Shown piece after piece: positions 49,783 to 59,102 of a stretch of DNA of 64,000 bases. Under the pieces are notes generated by a model. That model was not told the DNA's origin. It made no database searches and worked only from the letters and a program-made list of their open reading frames with translations. The stretch comes from Pedobacter sp. (GTDB lineage: Bacteria; Desulfobacterota; Desulfuromonadia; Desulfuromonadales; Syntrophotaleaceae). The translations under genes and the position numbers were made by a program. The stretch is taken from the NCBI GenBank assembly GCA_050253415.1, contig JBFWJC010000002.1, forward strand, positions 544,725 to 608,724, in the 5' to 3' direction. Positions within the stretch are counted from its first letter, which is position 1, and the number at the start of each line of letters is the position of its first letter.

Positions 49783-51459
49783 ATGAAAAAAACCCTCAAC
49801 CTTCTTGATCTTGTTGATAAAGAGACTCTTGACGAAATACTCGATGCTTTTAACGAAGTATGTGGTATCGGATCGGTTATCGCTGATGTAGAAGGACGTC
49901 CCTTGTCCGGGGAAAAAAACTTTACCAAATTTTGCGCCAAATATTGCCGGGGGACGGAATCCGGGCGCAAGAAATGCTACGCGAGTGACGCCTTTGGCGG
50001 CGAGATGTCTCTGAAGCAACAGGAGCCGTACGTCTACAATTGCCTGAATTCCGGTTTGGTGGACTGCGCGACGCCGATTATCGTTGAAGGCTACCATCTT
50101 GCCAACCTGAATGGTGGCCAGGTTTTGGAAGATCCCATCCCTGAAGATATCGCGATTGCCAGAGCCAAAGCCATCGGGGTTGAAGATATCGATGGCTATC
50201 TGGCGGAACTTGCCAAAGTCCCGTTTGTCACTAAAGCCAAATTGCAGAAAATTGTTAAATTCATGGCGGTTATAACGCGTACCTTGAGCGATATGGCTAT
50301 GCAAAAATACTTGTTGGCCAAACAGTCAAAGGAATATCTGAACAAATTGGTCAATAGTGTCTCCGACTGTATTTTTGCCATTGATGTCAACTTCCGGATT
50401 ACTATGGTCAACAAGGTTTGCCATGAGGCATTTGGTTATGATGGTGGTCAGCTTTACGGGAAAAACTTTTGCGAGCTCTTGGCTCCAGGTGATAAAATCC
50501 TCGAATGTAAAAGTAAATTGGACCATGGGGCAGAAGATAACTTCCGAGTGGAAATGGAAGGGGTTAATAGCGACGGTAGCAAGTTCCCTGCCCAGGTATC
50601 TATTTCACGTATCAACGACGAAGACGGTGCCGTGGCCGGCTATGTCGCCATTTTGAGGAATATTACTGAAGAAAAACGGCATGAAAAAATGAAACAAGAT
50701 CTTGTGGCTATGTTGAGTCACGACATGCGGAATCCGATTTCCGCAATCAACAAGACTCTGGAATTACTTTCTACGGAACGGATTGGCAGTATTAACCAGA
50801 AGCAGGAGCATGTTATCAGGCTTGCGTCTAACACAAATGATCATTTGTGTAGTATGGTTAACTCATTTTTGGATATTTTCAGAGAAGAAAATACAAACTT
50901 TCAGCTAAACAAGACATCTTTCAACCTTGATTCTGTTATAAATGATTGTATTGAGGAACAATCCTTATTGTTGGCCGACAAGAATCTTGGAATAAAATAT
51001 TCGCCAAAAAATACAGCATTGGATGTTCATCTAGATCTTATCCGCATGAAAAGAACGATAACCAATCTTCTCTCCAATGCAATTAATTACAGTGTTGCCG
51101 GTGGAGTTATCAGCGTTGAAGCCAGGCGCGTTTTTGGCCGTAATAAGGTGCTCTTAAATGTCGTTAAAAGTCACCTTGTCGGGCATATAGATCCCTCTCG
51201 GAAATACCTGTGGGTTGCCGTTAAAGATCAAGGGTATGGCGTGCCCGAAGAGTACCAGGAAGCGATTTTCGAGAAATTTTTTACAGTCGAAAGCAGAGAG
51301 GGGATGGGGCGGCGTGGCATAGGCCTGGGGTTGGCATTTTGTAAACTTGTTACGGATGCGCATGGTGGAATCATTTTTGTCCGCACACCGACAAGTAAGC
51401 CCAAGTACCAGAAAACACCCGGGTGCGAGTTTCACCTTGTCGTGCCGGTTGCCCAGTGA
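49783..51459 (+). CDS. Cytoplasmic PocR-PAS sensor histidine kinase
   Basis: N-terminal FTKFC..YCR....G.KKC..SD...YNC.SGLVD.ATPIIVEG.....GGQV (PocR-like), PAS, H-box SHDMRNP, NLLSNA, DQGYG, GIGLGL. Confidence 0.88.
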   Translation: MKKTLNLLDLVDKETLDEILDAFNEVCGIGSVIADVEGRPLSGEKNFTKFCAKYCRGTESGRKKCYASDAFGGEMSLKQQEPYVYNCLNSGLVDCATPIIVEGYHLANLNGGQVLEDPIPEDIAIARAKAIGVEDIDGYLAELAKVPFVTKAKLQKIVKFMAVITRTLSDMAMQKYLLAKQSKEYLNKLVNSVSDCIFAIDVNFRITMVNKVCHEAFGYDGGQLYGKNFCELLAPGDKILECKSKLDHGAEDNFRVEMEGVNSDGSKFPAQVSISRINDEDGAVAGYVAILRNITEEKRHEKMKQDLVAMLSHDMRNPISAINKTLELLSTERIGSINQKQEHVIRLASNTNDHLCSMVNSFLDIFREENTNFQLNKTSFNLDSVINDCIEEQSLLLADKNLGIKYSPKNTALDVHLDLIRMKRTITNLLSNAINYSVAGGVISVEARRVFGRNKVLLNVVKSHLVGHIDPSRKYLWVAVKDQGYGVPEEYQEAIFEKFFTVESREGMGRRGIGLGLAFCKLVTDAHGGIIFVRTPTSKPKYQKTPGCEFHLVVPVAQ

Positions 51460-51546
51460 GGTCTGGGAGGGAACGTGTATCAGTCTCGGGTTCGATAAGG
51501 CTTAAAGAATAGATCTGTTACAGAAACAGATTAGTTTGTCTGTAGT

Positions 51547-51586
51547 AAAAGACCGGTGCGAGTGGCGCCGGTCTTTTGTTTTTTTT
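51547..51586. terminator. Bidirectional terminator separating the two accessory loci
   Basis: aaaagaccggtgc-gagtg-gcgccggtcttttg followed by a T tract. Confidence 0.85.
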
Positions 51587-51612
51587 CCGTGGATGAAGAA
51601 CCTGGTTAGACA

Positions 51613-52206
51613 CTAATTCATGCTCGCCAGACTTTCAATAATTTGCTTTGAAATCAGGTTTTTGGAGGAATTGTAGGATGATTCGGGCGCCACCAGCCCG
51701 ACGATAAAATATGCGGTATCTTCTGCTGGGGTAACGAAACCGACCAGCCGTCGCTTATTGAAATCCAGGTCGATCCATAAAAGATTGCCAGCTTCCGGGT
51801 CGATGCGCTCAAGCTGATCCATGGCATAGATCATTTCCGCTCCCGTGCATTCAAAACCGTGGCCAGGGATTCGGCCGCGCGTCGCAATAATGAAGCCCTG
51901 AGAATCGACGACAAAGGCTGCCTCGGCGCGGGTCACGCTGATACACCAGGCAATGCAGCTTTCCCAGTCGGCAAACCTCTGGGGTGGCGGTGCAACCTCT
52001 GTTTCCTGGGGGGCTTCTGTGTTGGTAGGACCTGCTACGGAGGCCGGCAGCGCTACAGGGTCTATCCTTTGTTGCGCAGTCAGGCGCACAAACGTTTGCG
52101 TGTCGCTTCGCTCCAGGGGTTTCCCATGTTGTTTTTTCGGTACGAGAGTGGCCAGAATCTGCTGCGCGTACTTCAGGTTATACGAGTTCACGTTGCGGTC
52201 TTTCAT
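51613..52206 (-). CDS. Hypothetical protein with a C-terminal Roadblock/LC7-like domain
   Basis: AEAAFVVDSQGFIIA beta-hairpin pattern after a Pro-rich linker; overlaps the ParA 3' end. Confidence 0.6.
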   Translation of the reverse strand: MKDRNVNSYNLKYAQQILATLVPKKQHGKPLERSDTQTFVRLTAQQRIDPVALPASVAGPTNTEAPQETEVAPPPQRFADWESCIAWCISVTRAEAAFVVDSQGFIIATRGRIPGHGFECTGAEMIYAMDQLERIDPEAGNLLWIDLDFNKRRLVGFVTPAEDTAYFIVGLVAPESSYNSSKNLISKQIIESLASMN

Positions 52207-52993
52207 CTTCGACTCCCGTATCGCCACCCATATTTTGGATGATGGTTTGGATTTCCGTAGCCAGTATCTCGAATCTTTTGGCTTCAGGTGGGCACCTGCC
52301 TGGTAAAAATGCGACCGGTACGCCTTTTTCGCTGGCCATGTGAAAAACCTCGGCGCGCGGTATGTAGGTTTCCATGACGCCGGGTAGCGACGACCAGGCG
52401 GTATTCATGATGGTGAAGGAAACATCCATGCTCAATTCCACCATGATGGCCAGAATGCCGAGCAGTTCGAGATCCGGGTTTTCAGTTTCTTTGACGTGCT
52501 GAAGCACATGCAAGGATTGAGAAATGGCCCGCAGGGCAAGAGGCTCCGCCTGCAGGGGGAGCAGGGTATGGGTGCTGACCGCCAGCGCTGCTCGGGTAAC
52601 CGATCCCAGCCCCGAAGGGGTATCGATGATGATGTAGCGGAATCGATGTTGTACTGATGTGATGATATCCTGCAGAGCCGTGGAGCAGCGCAGAACATTT
52701 TCGTAGATATCGATGTCCAGCGGATCAAGGCAGCCCCTTGGCAGAATTGATAGCTGCGGTAATTTGGTTTGCATGATGACATCGTCAAGCAGTGTCTCGT
52801 CAACTATGTGTTCCGCCAGGCCGCGCCACTCGGTGTCGCTGCGTGCCAAAGAAAAACCGATGGCGCCAAGAGGGTCCACGTCGATGAGTAGCGTGGAATC
52901 TCCAGCTTCGGCCAATGCAACGGCCAAATTCAGGGCAACCGTGGTTTTGCCTGTGCCGCCTTTGGAACTGACTATGGAAATAATATTTGCCAT
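52178..52993 (-). CDS. ParA/MinD-family ATPase
   Basis: Deviant Walker A SSKGGTGKTT, IDVDP, IIIDTP, PLQAE; homology starts at MANII. Confidence 0.9.
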   Translation of the reverse strand: MANIISIVSSKGGTGKTTVALNLAVALAEAGDSTLLIDVDPLGAIGFSLARSDTEWRGLAEHIVDETLLDDVIMQTKLPQLSILPRGCLDPLDIDIYENVLRCSTALQDIITSVQHRFRYIIIDTPSGLGSVTRAALAVSTHTLLPLQAEPLALRAISQSLHVLQHVKETENPDLELLGILAIMVELSMDVSFTIMNTAWSSLPGVMETYIPRAEVFHMASEKGVPVAFLPGRCPPEAKRFEILATEIQTIIQNMGGDTGVEDERPQRELV

Positions 52994-53190
52994 ATCTTCA
53001 CCGCATATCGTTAAGCGTGTTGTATCCGGGCGTGACGTAGTATGCCTCCCGGATTTCGCTATTTCTTCAGCGTCCTGCTGACCCAACTCCGGATATATGT
53101 CCATCGGCCAGATGGCGGTGCGTTCCAGGTTCATGCCAGGAGGCCGTCGCTGCTATGCCCGTGGGCGCACTGTTGCTGATATGTCTCCGG

Positions 53191-53769
53191 TCACTTGCTG
53201 GTTACAATAAATTCGCCGTAGGCATCGCCTGCTTCGAGACCTTTGGTCTGCTTACAGACAAAGGTGTCCATGCCATCCGGGTAGGGGGCCGCATAGGTAA
53301 GATCGAAGAAGGCTTGATTCAGTCCTTGCAGCATGTAGGCACGTAATCCTTCCCCCTTGCTGTCTGCTTCGTAATAATCGAAAGCCCGGACAATCATTTT
53401 TTTTCCTTCTTTCAGTTGCACGATGCCCGATTTTGCCCAGCCCCAGGCGGTGAACGCCGCATAGGCGCCGCGCAGAATGTCTTTTTCATCTTCGGTGACC
53501 ATTGGCATAACCACTTCGCTGAAAATTTCAGAGGTGATAATGCCGCAGCCGGTGTGGTAGCCACATTCATAGGCCGCCCTGACCAGTCCAGCCTCGATCT
53601 CGGCTTTACGCTCGGGTGCTGCAGCGAGAAGTCGTTCCGTTAAGGTGTTCAGCAACGAAACAGGCAATAGGTTGACCAGTACTTCGTATTCCGGGATCAA
53701 TCCTTGCTCGTTACTTTGCACAGTGACTTTGGCAAGAGCCTTAACCACGTCGTTTCGCATGACCGTCAT
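53191..53769 (-). CDS. V4R-like protein
   Basis: AWGWA, MLQG..QAFF and QTKGLEAGDAYGEF resemble the V4R C-terminal motif; GGAGG RBS. Confidence 0.6.
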   Translation of the reverse strand: MTVMRNDVVKALAKVTVQSNEQGLIPEYEVLVNLLPVSLLNTLTERLLAAAPERKAEIEAGLVRAAYECGYHTGCGIITSEIFSEVVMPMVTEDEKDILRGAYAAFTAWGWAKSGIVQLKEGKKMIVRAFDYYEADSKGEGLRAYMLQGLNQAFFDLTYAAPYPDGMDTFVCKQTKGLEAGDAYGEFIVTSK

Positions 53770-53788
53770 GTGGATCCGTCCTCCTTGT

Positions 53789-54304
53789 TCAAGCTGCCTT
53801 GACGACAAACACGCTTTGTTCCTCGCCTGTGACCATTCCGGCAGTTTCGGTTACGGAAAAACTTCTGGGGGCGCCATTGAAAATTGCGGCAAACAAGGCC
53901 GCTACATAGCCGCGCGTGAAATGGTTGATCGGTTTATGGTGTTTGCCCCATTTTATCAGCCAGCCTTCATCGATATGGGAATGGCTGAGTCGGGCTTCTC
54001 CGGATTGATCGTTGCCACTGATGGTCATTTTACCCAGCCCGAAAGTAGAGAAATATTCGGTGCCGACCATCCCCTTTTCCCTGCTGTCGGTGATACTGTT
54101 TTTCTGGAAATAATCCTCAAGCAGGACACGCATCGTATCTTCGACCGTATCAGCCAGAATTTGCGGCCCGTTGATATCATCCAGGTCTTCCACCAGTTTG
54201 GTGATGAGTGCCAGGTAGTGGTGGGAATGCATGACCACAGGGTGACCGTTAAGGTAGTGACGATAGGTAGTGTCATCGAGAGTGAAGTCGAGTTTAAGCG
54301 GCAT
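53789..54304 (-). CDS. V4R-like protein
   Basis: FGLGK, KPINHFTRGYVAALF and VTETAGMVTGEEQSVF; HSHHY motif; GGAGG RBS. Confidence 0.6.
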   Translation of the reverse strand: MPLKLDFTLDDTTYRHYLNGHPVVMHSHHYLALITKLVEDLDDINGPQILADTVEDTMRVLLEDYFQKNSITDSREKGMVGTEYFSTFGLGKMTISGNDQSGEARLSHSHIDEGWLIKWGKHHKPINHFTRGYVAALFAAIFNGAPRSFSVTETAGMVTGEEQSVFVVKAA

Positions 54305-54316
54305 CGCGTGTTCCTC

Positions 54317-55093
54317 CTAGAAAGACAAGCCAAGCTCTTGGAACAGTTTTTTGGTTTTGTGACGAATGATTCCCAGCTTGGAAGCGTCGGGGGTGACGAT
54401 GGCCGCAATGGCATCTCCTACCGGTTTGCACATGATGACTGCCCTGCCGTATTCGATGAACATATCCTGGAACTGGTTGACATTCAGCTCCGTGCCCATT
54501 TCTTCAATGCCATTGATGGAGTGAGCCAGCGAGGCTCCCAGTTCATCAATATTTACCCGGGCGCTGCTGCCGGCGGATTCAATGACGAATCCGTCACGAC
54601 CAACTACCACCACGGCATCAATGCCGGAGATTTCCAGCAAATCGTTCAAGACATCTGTCGATTCTCTTGGTTCTTGTTCCATGGACGTATTCCCTTCCTC
54701 AATTACTGGCGCGCTATTGGGTGTAAAGCTGTTAGTCATGTTTTCCTGTAAAACAATGGCTTCAAGGATGGCATGCTGGACCGACAAACCGATGTCTGTC
54801 TCCGGGGGGGCGATTCCCGGCAAGAAATTAAAAGACCCCTTGTTCCAGTTGAGCATGTCGGCAAAGCTTTCCATTCCGGTTTTTTCACTGGTCTTTGCCG
54901 ACAGGACCTTGCCCTTTCCAAAATAGATCATGCCCTCTTCATTTTGCGGATGGCGTACAATTCTGATCGCGCCACTTTCGGCGCTCGCTGCCAGAAACTG
55001 CAATAGGTCGGTAATGGTCGTCAGCGACAAGTTACCTTGTAGACCACGATCTTTCGGATCGCCTGTTATGGTTGGACCATAGAGCCCGGGCAT
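54317..55093 (-). CDS. DUF4388 + Roadblock/LC7 (MglB-like) fusion
   Basis: LQGNLS...DLLQFL...SG...G.IYF..G...W..GSF.F (DUF4388); GIDAVVVVGRDGFVIES...LGIIR (Roadblock). Confidence 0.85.
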   Translation of the reverse strand: MPGLYGPTITGDPKDRGLQGNLSLTTITDLLQFLAASAESGAIRIVRHPQNEEGMIYFGKGKVLSAKTSEKTGMESFADMLNWNKGSFNFLPGIAPPETDIGLSVQHAILEAIVLQENMTNSFTPNSAPVIEEGNTSMEQEPRESTDVLNDLLEISGIDAVVVVGRDGFVIESAGSSARVNIDELGASLAHSINGIEEMGTELNVNQFQDMFIEYGRAVIMCKPVGDAIAAIVTPDASKLGIIRHKTKKLFQELGLSF

Positions 55094-55209
55094 ATTTAAC
55101 CATCCTGAATTGGTAGGTGTTTAAAGCTGCGTCCTTGGTTTATTCCAGTTGTGGGCCCGTTTCTCGGACTGTTTCAGACTTCCCTATGCCTTGGTAAAAA
55201 GGGCAGCCC

Positions 55210-56553
55210 TTAACCGAAGACCAGCATGGTCGAAGTCTGATTGATGTGGCCGATATACTGTTCCCCATAGGTACTGAATCCGACCGTGGGGATGTCGGCA
55301 AAGAGTTTCCCGTAATCCCCGCAGAGATTCTGCTGGCGCAGATCCAGCGTTCGCAAAATACAATCGAAATTGATGATCCCCGAGATGCTTCCGTGTTTCT
55401 TTTGAGCCTGGGCAATTGCCTGACGGGTGTCGCCGATCATATCGGTGGATTCAAGCAGCGAGAGCTTCATGCCCTCCTTGACACCGCAATAAAAAAACAT
55501 GGTGTCCCCTTTGATGCGTTGCGGGCTGCGGACATAGGGCTCGCCGTCGACAACCAGTCCGATGGGGTTACGCATAAAGCGCTGACTTACTTCGTTGACC
55601 GGCACACCGATCGCTTCGGCATAGGCTACCGCGGCTGGTTTATCGTTGAATTGCAGAACTTCGCGATTGGCTTCATCAGCTTTGGTTACCCTGAGAGTTT
55701 TGCCGAGAAACCGGAAGCTTTGGGTTTTGATGAAGGAGAATCCAATCCCCGGTTTTAGGAGTGCGAGAATTGCGGCATTGGTGTAACAGGTGCCATGTGC
55801 ATAGACGTGGGTTGCTGAAAATTGCAGATCATCGCCAGCCGAGCCGCCGATAAAGGGTACGTTGGTCAGGTCACCGAGGGTTTCAATGACTTTCTCTTCA
55901 ATACCGGCCAACCCGTCGATCAATAGGATGCCAACGTACCGGGAGGGATCCATGGCGCCTACAGGCTGCCTGAAGTGGGTCTCGAAATTATGGAAGGCCT
56001 GTTCGATGGAGGAGCGTTGTTTGAGGTTCTGTATGACTTCAATTTTCAGGTCCTGCGCCGCTTCGGCAGAAAAAGCCATGGCGACAACAGCGCCTGTCAG
56101 CATATGGCCGCTGGTGATTTCACCTGCCGTTGAGCAGCCGAAGACCTGGGCTTTGGGGAATCCATCATGCATGTGCCTGCTGATGGCGTCGGGCGCATGT
56201 TGCATGGAAGAGAAAAATATAACCATGGCAGGGTCCATGCTTGCAAGTTGCTGTTGGATTTCCCTGACGCATGCTTCGGTGGATATTTGTTTTGAAAACG
56301 CCGTTTTGATGGTCCCGGTCGAGGGCTTTTGGGGGGTATTTGAACGGATGTCGCCCGTTGCAACGCAAAAGGTCTTCATCATGTCTTCCAGCTTGGAAAT
56401 AATGGCAGGTACGTCCTCGGACTGGGCTGTGTACTTGACCGGATTAATACCCTTGAGGATCATTTTGGTTTTAATGACCCGTTCCATCATGGGGTTGTCT
56501 TTTGCTGCGTGATCGATGATGAAGTCGATCATTTGGCGAATTTTTCCTGCCAT
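55210..56553 (-). CDS. FIST N/C-domain sensor with a small N-terminal helical domain
   Basis: GCSTAGEI, IDGL, GGSAGDD, PAAVAY, FDCILR and GFSTYGEQ...HINQT motifs. Confidence 0.88.
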   Translation of the reverse strand: MAGKIRQMIDFIIDHAAKDNPMMERVIKTKMILKGINPVKYTAQSEDVPAIISKLEDMMKTFCVATGDIRSNTPQKPSTGTIKTAFSKQISTEACVREIQQQLASMDPAMVIFFSSMQHAPDAISRHMHDGFPKAQVFGCSTAGEITSGHMLTGAVVAMAFSAEAAQDLKIEVIQNLKQRSSIEQAFHNFETHFRQPVGAMDPSRYVGILLIDGLAGIEEKVIETLGDLTNVPFIGGSAGDDLQFSATHVYAHGTCYTNAAILALLKPGIGFSFIKTQSFRFLGKTLRVTKADEANREVLQFNDKPAAVAYAEAIGVPVNEVSQRFMRNPIGLVVDGEPYVRSPQRIKGDTMFFYCGVKEGMKLSLLESTDMIGDTRQAIAQAQKKHGSISGIINFDCILRTLDLRQQNLCGDYGKLFADIPTVGFSTYGEQYIGHINQTSTMLVFG

Positions 56554-56835
56554 GAAAATACCTCCTGATAAAAGTCCAATTCTGCTTGTTTGGCCTAACA
56601 GACTGGTGCTGACATTTGCCTGAGCGGATTTTGTTGCGCTCGTATTTGACGCGGTGTTTTTATCAAATGGCGGATTGCCGAGATTGCAAAGAAGAAGCGG
56701 CTTGAAAACAGAAATGATTTATTTAAATGTAAGGAAGGTAATATAATATTTTAATCATTGATGTCAATATATTAAAATATAATTTTTAACGATGTTTTAT
56801 TTTGTCTGGTGTCTGGCGAGGGGAGGTCGCAGGCG

Positions 56836-57426
56836 TTATGGCAGGGGGGCGGTGGATCTTAACTGAAAGAAATCGTGGGCTTCAAGCATGAATGCGGCAA
56901 AATCGGTTTCGAGCCCTTGCTGGTGTCGTAACAGTTCCTCTATGCCCTTGCCAAGGAGGTTGGGACGGCTGAGGCGGGCCGCCAGTCGTTGCAAAACTAT
57001 TTCGATGTGATCGAGGTTCCGTAACGCCACAAGCCAGTTTATCGCCAGCATACGCGGAAGGTGTTTGCAAAAGGATGGCGGCAACAGGGATTGGTAGGTC
57101 TGCAAAACAAGATGAATGGAGGCCGCGAATTCTTCCAGCGGTTGGCTATGGTAGGATCCCCAGTTTTTGGCAAGAAAGTGGTCGTAGGCGATATCGACCA
57201 GAATCCCGCGGCAATGGCGCAGTTTCGGATTCAGGCGTTTTTTGCTGCGGCGAAAGGCAACCGCCGTCTCGGCAAAGCTATCGAGTTGACGGTGGTGAAC
57301 GATGCCATGAAGGACTTTTTCAGGCAGTCGTCGGTCGAGGGGGCCCTTGATATAATCCCCGAGCAGGGCGCCCAGTCGGGCACCCGGGTGCGGTTCGACC
57401 AGATAGAGGTGCAGCAGGTGGTTCAA
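56836..57426 (-). CDS. acpH: ACP phosphodiesterase
   Basis: MNHLLHLYL, LGDYIKG, GIVHHRQLD, DIAYDHFLA. Confidence 0.88.
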   Translation of the reverse strand: MNHLLHLYLVEPHPGARLGALLGDYIKGPLDRRLPEKVLHGIVHHRQLDSFAETAVAFRRSKKRLNPKLRHCRGILVDIAYDHFLAKNWGSYHSQPLEEFAASIHLVLQTYQSLLPPSFCKHLPRMLAINWLVALRNLDHIEIVLQRLAARLSRPNLLGKGIEELLRHQQGLETDFAAFMLEAHDFFQLRSTAPLP

Positions 57427-57494
57427 AGAGTATGCCCCGTTCGTTGTGTATGGTCGTTACGGCTTTGCCAGGGCTGAAAGGAACTGAGACGGGT

Positions 57495-58862
57495 CTAGTT
57501 TGTCCGTGCTCCCTCCACCCGTTCGGAACTCTGGTTGCCTTGGTCAAGTTGGGCCGTCTGGATCAGTTCTTTTCCGTCGAGACGTGCAGCAAGCTGGGCC
57601 ACCGCTTGTTTGAACCCATCACGATGCTTGGGCGAGACGGGGGCGGATGGCGGCGCTTTGATTTTGAGCGGATTGACGGCTACACCATTTTTATACATGC
57701 GGAAATCCAGATGTGGACCGGTTGAGCGTCCTGTGGTGCCAACATACCCGATGAGCTGTCCCTGGCGGACCTTGGTGCCTTTTTTTATACCTCGTCCAAA
57801 ACGGCTCATGTGATTATACATCGTTTCCCACCCACCGGGATGGCGGATCTTAACGCAGTTGCCGTTGTAGCGCTTGTAGGCGGCAAAGGTGACCGTGCCA
57901 TCGGCGACTGTCTTGATCGGCGTGCCGGTAGGCGCGGCGTAGTCGACGGCTGGATGGGGGCGTACTTTTTTGGTGATCGGGTGCAAACGCCGCATATTAA
58001 AGCCCGAAGAGATACGGGAAAAGGATAATGGGGCTTTCAAAAAGGCTTTGCGTAAACTGCGGCCGTTTTCGTCGTAATAAGCGGCGGACTGGTCACCATC
58101 TTTGAAGAGATAAGCATTATAAGCTTGACCCTGGTTGGTGAATCTGGCTGCCAGAATACGTCCGTATCCGGCGGTTTGGCCCTCTCTGAAGCGTTTTTCT
58201 ACCAAGGCCTCAAAGGAGTCTCCGGATTGAATGTCGCGGATGAAGTCGATATCCCAGGCAAAAATATCCGCCAGGGAAATGGCCAGCACTTCGCTTTCGC
58301 CACTGGCAACGACTGCTTCGAACAGGCTGGAGGTAATGCTACCCGTGACCAGTTCGGTTTGCACGGTGTAGGCGATGGGGACTTTGGTGACATGGAATCC
58401 TTCGCTCTCCTGTCGAACCACCAGCTGTTCTTCGCGATCGATGTCGTAAACAAAACTGTCGAAATTGCCATTGATCAGGCATAACGCATAAGGCTGCCCG
58501 GCGCATAACTTGGACAGGGGAAAAATCGGTTTGGATAACTGGCTGAGAAGGTGAATCTGCTGGGGCGAAAAAATGTCTGCAAACAGTGACGTAATTGTTT
58601 CCCCCGGCTGGATCGTGCCTTTGACTAACTTTCGATTAACGGGTGGTGTTTCCGGTATCGCAGCCTCTGTAATGTGAGACTGTTCCGGTTTCTCACGGGT
58701 GGTCCAAGGGGTTCCGAAACATAAGCCGAGGAAAAAACATCCCAGTACCAAAACACCAAGCAGAATGGGGGTTTTATAAGTCTTAAAAGATTTTTTTTTC
58801 AGACAGGGAAAACGTCGTGGTGGTTGAATATCACGCAGCATATCAGTCACTTTGCCGTTCAT
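57495..58862 (-). CDS. M23 peptidoglycan DD-endopeptidase (MepM/Csd3-like)
   Basis: N-terminal TM, HPAVDYAAPTGTP, YNHMS, GRSTGPHLDF; start uncertain. Confidence 0.9.
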   Translation of the reverse strand: MNGKVTDMLRDIQPPRRFPCLKKKSFKTYKTPILLGVLVLGCFFLGLCFGTPWTTREKPEQSHITEAAIPETPPVNRKLVKGTIQPGETITSLFADIFSPQQIHLLSQLSKPIFPLSKLCAGQPYALCLINGNFDSFVYDIDREEQLVVRQESEGFHVTKVPIAYTVQTELVTGSITSSLFEAVVASGESEVLAISLADIFAWDIDFIRDIQSGDSFEALVEKRFREGQTAGYGRILAARFTNQGQAYNAYLFKDGDQSAAYYDENGRSLRKAFLKAPLSFSRISSGFNMRRLHPITKKVRPHPAVDYAAPTGTPIKTVADGTVTFAAYKRYNGNCVKIRHPGGWETMYNHMSRFGRGIKKGTKVRQGQLIGYVGTTGRSTGPHLDFRMYKNGVAVNPLKIKAPPSAPVSPKHRDGFKQAVAQLAARLDGKELIQTAQLDQGNQSSERVEGARTN

Positions 58863-59102
58863 AAATAAGAAAATTGGTTGGGTGGGCCAGGATACGTGGC
58901 CCCATTTAAAATCACCGGCATGCTAACAGGTTTTTCCTGTCAATGTCCAGCGGTTCAAGGTGTCGGCCGGATTCAATGCAATGCCGTTGCCAAATACCGG
59001 TAAAATGGTCTATGTATGTAGCTGGATAATGCATTCTGCAGAAATGTGACACCGAGCCTCTAATCTTTATGGCTTTTGCCTAAATTAAAGACAGGAATAA
59101 CG

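Noticed and set aside
52178..52993. Plasmid/prophage partition system
   Set aside because: No parB, parS-like repeats, rep, integrase or phage genes nearby.
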